NCBI RefSeq assembly: GCF_009914755.1
Contig: NC_060940.1
Length of the DNA stretch: 64,000 nucleotides
Source: the human T2T-CHM13v2.0 reference genome, Homo sapiens
Direction: 5' to 3' (one strand)
Shown here in pieces: positions 55,964 to 64,000 of this stretch. Each line of letters opens with the position of its first letter. The first letter of the stretch is position 1. Below the pieces are notes generated by a model. It was not told where the DNA came from and made no database searches. It saw only the letters and a list, made by a program, of their open reading frames with translations. The translations under genes were made by a program, and so were the position numbers.

Positions 55964-58617
55964 TCAGCATTATTATGTTCTAAGCTTTAAGAGAAAAAAG
56001 AACAACGACCATTAATGTTGAATTCTACCTAGAATCCCAAATTACTTATTGCATATTTAAAACAAACAGTGTTTACAACAATATTTATGACAAAGATTTC
56101 AGATCTGTTGTTTTCTACAAGTAGGAGCTAGTGAGCTGTGTCAAATGCTGCAGAAAGATCATTTAGGATAAGGTAAACCATAGGCTTCCAACAGTGAAAA
56201 CGTGGAACAATGTCAGCGAAGGCGTGAGACAAATTTCAGCTTGGTATGACTGGAATTGTGCAGGCAGTGACAGTTTGTATAGATTGCCATTTGACCTTGA
56301 AGGAAGAAGACAGATGATCTGCAGTGGCTTTATGGCTTTATGGTCATAGGCAAATTACCGACCATAGTGTCAGGGAAGGCTTAATTGTGCTGGTAAGCAG
56401 AGGGGATGTTCCCTAGAAGCAATCAACATCCAAATACATGGGGAAAAACAAAAGCAGCAACAAACCTGGAAGAAAATTCTAAAGAGGGAAATTAGATATA
56501 GCCTAGAAACATAATGAAAGAACTGTAAAAAGTTATTCTTAATTTTGCATTGAGAGCAGCAAAAAATTAGCTTGTGCGCATTGGAAGAATACTAAAATGA
56601 AAAATCACAAAGAAAGCACACATATGCACAATCTGACATGTAACTAGCAACAATCACACTTTAAATGAGAATACTGTTATGTGTTTCACGTGATCCTCAC
56701 AACATTCTTTTGAGGAGAAGATAGATTTAGTGTCCATTTGTCTACTAAGGAATAAAACCTCGGAGGTGTTAAGAAATATGCCAACAGGACACAGAGGCAG
56801 AAGTAGCATAAAATCTCCAGTCCAGAGAAAATGCTTGGTCCAGTGCCTATTTCATTACAATATACCCCTAATGTGCATACCCTATTATTGACACGGTGAC
56901 ACTAAAGAAATTCACAGCCAGACTTACGTCCTGCTCAGGAAAAGTAGCTAATGTTCTCTGCATAGTTTACAAAAGTCACTTCCATAATAAATGGTATTTC
57001 AGTTTTCTCTGTGGCCACTTAAATGAATACGGAGAGATAATGACATTTTCATTATTTTAGGAATATATTTGCATTTGTAATGATACAGCTCCTACCAGGA
57101 GCCAAAGCCATAGAGACAACTGTCTGAATTAATTATATTTGTTTGGCTGATTAGATAAAAAATGCAAACATAAACTGCACATCAACTACTTTAAGATTAT
57201 TTAATCCTTCTCTTGAAAGGGAAATGGGTCTCTGAAGTTGTTCTTCTTTTAAGCTCAAAAAATAGACCATTAAATCAAGCAGCTGAAACAGTTCTTTAAA
57301 AATCACCCTCCCCAAAATTCTTGCATTTTCTCAAGAGTCTGAAATAAGTATATCAATCTACATAATATCAAGATTTATTTATTAATTTGCAGTTATTTCC
57401 TAGATTAGCCTGCTCAATTTTCATGAGCCAGTCCCCATGCCTCTATGGGGAGTGATGGCTTAAACTGTGTCCATTTAGCAGACAGCAACTTTCAAGTGAG
57501 GATAAGTGCAGCTAAAATGATCCCCCTGAAGTTCTCAATGTGTGCAATTAGCTTTGCAGATGTGCTTTGTCCACACCTACCTTTTAATGATCACTAAAAC
57601 CTTGTTAAATGAAGCAGTACCAGTAGTCTCCTCCCTATACACACCAGCTGCCAGCCCACCTCTGGTTATCTAAGTTCTATAATGGAGTCCAAATGTAGCT
57701 GAAACCTTTTCAAAGCTTTGAATATTTTCGTAAGTCATGCCCCACTTATCAATGAAGAATAAATTTCCGAGTGGGAGCAGTGGTCCAAAACTTTACCATC
57801 TCTCATTTACATACCTTTCACTCCCTCACCCCATTCCACTTTATTCTAAAGTACAAATGGAATGTGTCTCCTTCCTGCTTAAAACCTTTCAGTGGCTCCT
57901 GTCACTTAAAGTTCAGGCTTCTCTATATAGTTCCAATCCATCTCCATGCTTTTTATTATTATTGTCTTCATACTTAGCATTGCAAAACTATATCTATCAT
58001 CTATCTATCCACCCATTTGTCTCTTATATTGGATTTCTATATATTTTCTAATTTCTGATATTATGACTATATTATAGATTTAAATGACATATATTTAAAT
58101 GACATATATTTAATGTCATATATTTAAATGACAGTTATTAAAATTTATAGTGACCACTTTCTACTGGGCTTAAAATAAATCAATGGAATATTTCGAAAAA
58201 GTATGTGCAAGGGAGGAGGGGTGGTACTTGTATGTGTATATGTGCATGTATGTGTGCAGATGTTCCAGAGACATAATTGAATATTAATCAGCAAGATTTC
58301 CATTTTGAGTAAAAATAAAAGGCTCTTACAGGGGCTTGAAACCTGTTTGACTTACCAAAGCAAAAGGGTCACAAGCATCACAAGCATTATTTCTCCTCTG
58401 TAGGCTAGGATAGTTCCCCACTGCAGAACTGGGTCCAGTGATACCAAGAGATAAGATAGGACAGGATCCCTAAGCAGAAAAGGCCCCAATTAATTAGTAT
58501 AATGAGTAGCAAGACAGTTGTTAGCATCCAGAAAGGATGACTAACTCATACAGAGTCACAAACCTGGTTAATAGAACATGATGCCCCTAGGAGCAACATA
58601 GATGATAGCCATTATTG

Positions 58618-58658
58618 TTGTGTGTGTGTGTGTGTGTATGTATATATATATATATATG
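58618..58658. repeat. (TG)n(TA)n microsatellite
   Basis: Direct inspection. Confidence 0.92.
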
Positions 58659-60763
58659 CAAATCTTTGCCTAGTGTCTATAGCTGAGCCAGTTTTTGAAT
58701 ATGGGACTAACTTGAAAAGAGGCCAGGTATACGTGAGGAAGTACCCTGCAGGAAAGGTACATGTTAGTAATTCCAGCATTCCTTCCACTAAGGGATCTGC
58801 TGCTATTTTTTTAGGTACTTATAGACTAGGGAAAGGGAATTACCTAGTATTTTAAGGATTATTGAACATAGGGCTCAAAATGACATTGCTACCTGGATAT
58901 GTGGGGCAGCAGCATGTTTCACCCAGTTGATCAGGGCACTAAGAAGAACTGAAAGCAGAGTTCTGGCTAAGATGTGCATCTAGAGGGTCTATTGGGTCCA
59001 TACACCTACTCAGTGGGCATGTCTCTGGTTCCTAAGGGTATCGTTAGAATATACATATAGTTTGTCATTGGTACATCCACTACATTGTTTTCTTGGAGGG
59101 ATGGTGAGAGATACCATAGTGGGGAAACCCAAGCGGATGCCCCTAAAACTGCCCCTATTCTCAATCAGGACTGAGGAGCTGAAACAATATATTCTATGGA
59201 GCAGGAGTAGAAACTAGAGCCATCTTTAAAACCCTCATAGATGAGGGAGAGGTGTATCTTCTCCTATCATATCTCCGTATAAGTCACCGGCCTGGTCTCT
59301 ACAAAACCATTAGAAAATGACAATGGACTAACACACTGCATGGGAGTAGTAGCCACAACTGCAACTGTAGGTAAAGATGTAGTATTTTTCGTAGGGCAAA
59401 TTAATATGACTTTAGGTACGTGGTATGCAGCCAATGATTTGGAAAAATGTGATTTTATCTTTTTCAGGAAAATGGATCAGAAAGTTTGGATTCACTTGAA
59501 ATGAACAGTGCCCATTGACATATTGATTAAGTTAACTATCTTAACCTTCATTATGATGAAGTCCAAAGGGTCCACATTTAACTATGCATCCTATAAAACA
59601 ATGCATTGAACAAGTATAGTAATTATATAATGCCAATCAGACCAGAAAGCAAGGAATGGTTAGTACAGTGGAGGCTTTGACAAGGCATATGCTATCCAAT
59701 GAGCAAGATATAAACCCTATGAACGCTGAGGATTCTACTGCATTATTAAAACATTAGATGTCTAATGATCTGGAGAATGCTTGGGCATCCTCTCCAAAGA
59801 AAGGGAAAACTTATTGCATCTTGCTTCTTCCTTCATAAAGAAAAAAACTCAATGTTTTAAAGCCTCTTAAGTCTCTGGAATAGCTTATTTCATACTTAGG
59901 GAGACTACTTAAAATCATATACTAGGTGATAATAAAGATGGATACATTTTATTATAGTTGGGTCTGGTGCAGGTAAAAGTCTTCAGTAGGTCAGTATCAT
60001 GACCCTGCACCTTGGACTTTTTCTTCTGTCCGGCCTTATAGTATAAAAAGTGTCAGTATTGGCATAAGATATAAAAGGAACTTAAAGGACAAACCCATTG
60101 GGGGAATGAAAATGTAGACCCTTAGGATTCCAGAGCAAATTCATTCTATCTGCAAATCACAGTAAGGTAGAAGCAGTACCTCTGAGAACCGGCCCAAGCA
60201 GGATGATAAGGCACAAGTGAGCTATAAAAGCACAGAGCCTAGATTCCTCTTCCCCATTCTACATTCTCTGAATAGTTCCCTAAATTCATAGCTATGGCCA
60301 CATAGGATATGCCTATGACCAATAGACAGATGTCAACTCATGATGTAGGTATAAGCCAACAATGGATAACAGTTGCCCTGTAGTCCTGGGGCAGCCTAGA
60401 AAGGCAAGGGAAAATCTTCCCAAGGGTTAGACATTTGCGTAGGGCACCTGGTCATCCTCTCTGTGTGACCTGAATAGTCCAGAGTTAGAATATATATAGA
60501 CTCATGAATAAGGGTGAATGGCTTGGAAGATTTGTTAGAAGCCAGGAAGGAGAAAAATTGGAAGAGAAGGAATGAAGAAGTCTGATGCAGAGGGATGGGG
60601 ATGGCATATATGAATGAACATAAAGAGAGACATAATTATATTATATGCTATGCTCCACTAGAACGCATCCACTACAGAAGACGCATTCAACTGCGTTATA
60701 GAAAAAAAAATGACTCAGCCAGTTGACAACAGCCAGACTCTCTTATATCTGCTCTCCATAATT

Positions 60764-61230
60764 TACATTAGTTTCTTGTGTCTGTAACAAATTACAAGCC
60801 GGGTAGCTTGAAACAACAGAAACACATTCTCTCACAGTTCTGGATGCCAGAAGTCTGAAATAACTATCAATGGCCAAAATTAATATATTAGCAGGGCTGT
60901 GCTTTCTCTGGAAAAGAATTTGTTCATTGCCTATTCCATCTCCTGGTGGCTCCTTGCATTTCTTGGTCTGTGGCTGCTTCAGTCTAATCTCTACCTCTGT
61001 CTTCACATTGACTTTTCCTCTGTATGTTGCAAATCTTCCTTTGCCTCCCTTTTATAAGAATACATTTGATGTTATTTAGTGCTCATCTGGATAATCAAAG
61101 AATATCTCCTCATCTCAAGACTCTTACCTTAAACACATCTGCAAAGACTCTTTTTCCAAATAAGAAAACATTTATAGGTTCCAAAATTATAAATGGACAT
61201 ATTTTGGGGCCCATTATTCACGTTACTACA
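60764..61230 (-). mobile_element. MLT1 (B/C-like) LTR nested in the ERVL region
   Basis: ctgtaacaaattacaa...aaacaacagaaacacattctctcacagttctgga...acatctgcaaagactctttttccaaataag...actaca. Confidence 0.85.
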
Positions 61231-62548
61231 AGAAATGTCCTGCACACCCACCTCCACCAGATATGCAGTGCTGGCACAATGAGTAGTTTGATAAGATAGC
61301 CATGGTGGTGGGGTTGAAAGTTACATGTGGCCTCAACAGTGTAGGCTTTCATTTACCAAGTCTGGTTTATCTATTGCTGCTGACAAATATCCCATCTTCC
61401 AACAGTAGAGATCAATGCTGGATCCTTAATACTGCACCACTCCACTAAGAGATCACTAGTGATCATAATTAGTCACTTTATGCCAAATTGACTATATTGG
61501 ATCTTTTATATTTTGAAAGGGGGTAACAATTTATTTTGGCACATATTTTGGGTATGGGTTTGCCTTTCCAGATTTAAAGACCTCAGCTAATACCACCATC
61601 TGATGACTGTATAGAGTATCATCAATTGGCACAGTCGGTCATGTATCATTTTGTCAGACCAAGGAATCTACTTAATAGTAAAGGAGATGAGAGAGTGGCC
61701 ATTTGGCTCATTCCACATAGGCTTAAGTTGCTAGCCTGATGGAATGATGGAAAGGTTTATGAAGGGTTCAGCTGAAGGGTCACCTCAAAAGGGATGACAA
61801 TTTTGTAGGATTTTCCAGACTTCAGAGTATGTTTTAAATCAATGACATTTACAAGTTGTTGTGTGTGTCCCATCCACCAATGCCAGGCATACACAGGTCT
61901 GGAAACCATGAGGTAAGAACAGAAGTGTCCCCACTTACCATCATTTCCAGAGATGTGTTTGGGGAATTTGTGCTTCCCACCAATCCTAGGCTTAGTATTT
62001 TAGATGTCCTTGCTCCCAAAATGATACTGCTTCTGCCAGTACACATAGCAAGAGTTCTGATTCACTATTAGAGGCTATTTGGATACTTTGGGATATATCT
62101 TTCAAGGTGCCAGCAAGAATTATTGACCCTGACCACCAGGAAAATGTAGGGCTGCTGTTACACAATGGGAACAGGGAGAAATATGTTTATACCAAGGTGA
62201 TTCACTTGAGTATCTCTGAGTCCTTTTTGACAAATTATGGTGTTAAAGAGATGAGTCCCACAAATTCATTCTGGGAAGAGTATGTGACCCTTCAGGAATA
62301 AGGATCTTTTTCACAACACTAGGCAAACTACCATGACGTGCAAAGCTAACAACTGAGGGTAAGAGAGATAGTAAATAGATTATTCAGCAGGGAGGCAAAT
62401 ACAAGTTGTGGCGTTGAGTTGGGTTATAGCCCGGCAGCTGTTCAGCTAGCACCCCTTCTCCTACAAACTTTCCCAGGAAGAGAGGTCTATTGGAATCCTG
62501 AATGGTTTCTCCCACCAGAACTGGATTCAAGTAGCACAAGGGTGGGTT

Positions 62549-62965
62549 GTGGTGAATCCCCTAGGTCTCTCTCATTGAGGCTTAATGACTCATTATCCCA
62601 GTTTCCAAGAGTGCTCTTGGCACACAGTCCACGGGTTAGCACCATTTGTGAATTACCTCCACTAAAGAAGGTCACTTCTCCCAAGACCACACCCTTTCCT
62701 GAAACAGCCCATATCCCATGACTGATCCAACAGGGGTAGAAAAAACAAAATTTCTTGCTCCAACTTAAGATGGTATTGAGTGGATTTCCTAACTTCAGTG
62801 TTTTCTGTGAATTGTCTAAAGACTCCACTGAGACTGAATCACAGATTCTCTTTTTGCACAATTCTGTTATCTTCTCCTTTACCTCCACAGATGTTGATTC
62901 TAAGAGCACTCTCTCACAAACTGTATGACAGTCTGCTTTCTGTTGAACCCAACCTGTAGAGTCTC
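62549..62965 (+). mobile_element. LTR16-like ERVL LTR (probable 3' LTR of the internal region)
   Basis: Begins tgtggtga after the internal region; cctccacagatgttgattctaagagcactc...gaacccaacct near the end. Confidence 0.6.
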
Positions 62966-63148
62966 CAAATTGTTCTTCTTGCCACTCTGTCTCCTGCTTG
63001 CTCAAAACCCATGGTGCATGCTGAGGCATTATATTTAAAGTAAGTTACATTACATCTACTAAACATTGTAGAATTTAAAACTTTCCAGTCCATTTTAAAT
63101 CCAATCAAACCTCTGATGAGGCTCTGAAGGAATGATCTTTTATTCAAG

Positions 63149-63880
63149 TTGAAAAATGAAAGTAAAATTCTAAGCCCCCAGTTGACAGAATGGACTCCCT
63201 CTTGGCCAAGGGAACCTCAGCTTGGAAGCTAAGTTCCAGGCCATGGCCGAATGGGAAGTTAGACAAGCCGTGTTATAACCTGTCTCTTGCTAACTGCAAT
63301 TCAACCTTCATTTCTAAGGGCTAACCAGAAGCGAGCCCTTTCAAAAAGACTCCACTGCTGATTTCAACCAACCACCTGACTGCTGCCTCTCCCTTTTGCA
63401 GTTTCAACACAACAGACCAGCATTCCTTCCTGATAAGGGGCCACCAACCCTGGGGTGGTTCTGGCCAGTCTATGGAGGATGTGCAGTGAGAGTTCTGGTG
63501 TTCTCTGCTTCACCATTTGATGTCAGAGGGCTGAAAACTCCACCTTAGATCATGCTAACACTGCCATGTTTTTTAACATTGGACCCATGGAGAGGCATGA
63601 AGCTCCATTGCACATGGGCATGCCTCTCCTTTCATAAATATTCATAAGTCCTTCTATAGCTTATTGAATATGTATATTTGGCCACCCCTTTATGCATAAA
63701 TAAATCCCTGTTTTATTCTTCTGGCCTTCAAAGTGGCTGCTTCTGGCTTTTGGCCAGAAGCTATGCTTCTTATCCTGTCAGTATGGTGACCAGTCAGGCT
63801 GCAACCCTTTCTAAAAAAAAAAAAAAAAAAAAAAAGCTCTCCTTTATACATGTATAAATCTCATCATTCTTGAGTTGACA
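63149..63880 (+). mobile_element. MER39/MER34-group ERV1 solo LTR
   Basis: gaaaaatgaaagtaaaattctaagccccc...cttggccaaggg start; ...agttgaca end. Confidence 0.7.
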
Positions 63881-64000
63881 AGATTCCAAGATTCCGTGAC
63901 TTCATATCATATTCATCCACTAACTTGGTCACTAACTACATACACACTAGTCTCCTTCCAGTTGCAAGGACAGGATATACTTTTGTTTAAACCGTGGGAT

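Larger units (their letters stand above)
58400..62420 (+). mobile_element. Ancient ERVL-class internal region (pro-pol-dUTPase-like), heavily decayed
   Basis: Protease-like GLLNIG...TLLPG (~58856), RT-like GTWYAANDL (~59415), integrase-like QIDYIG (~61484) and SDQG (~61653), and IIDPDHQENVGLLLHNG (62107-62301 ORF). Confidence 0.75.

Noticed and set aside
63813-63835. Poly(A) run inside the MER39-like LTR
   Set aside because: No associated retroposon body or TSD; probably an expansion of an A-rich motif in the LTR.

Overview
Repeat-dense primate (human or great-ape) genomic DNA with no host protein-coding exon I can recognise. Most ORFs in the track are transposon remnants or chance ORFs. Three structures stand out. 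(1) A ~6 kb HERV-H (9007-15000, minus) is built like a processed mRNA copy, not a provirus: R-U5-PBS(His)-gag-pro-pol-U3-R-poly(A), flanked by a 12-15 bp target-site duplication, with a possible cap-derived extra G. This points to LINE-1-mediated retrotransposition of HERV-H RNA. (2) Its leader carries a ~900 bp compound G-rich VNTR and an unbroken ~286-codon reading frame resembling the HERV-H-derived ESRG/HESRG ORF. (3) A full-length L1PA3-like element (minus) carries a short 3' transduction with its own AATAAA and poly(A), plus 10 extra 5' bases that partly match the start of that transduction. The rest is Alus, older L1s, L2/MIR, MaLR and ERVL LTRs, an old ERVL internal region, and DNA transposons including a MADE1 hairpin. 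Subfamily names come from my recollection of consensus sequences and were not computed.
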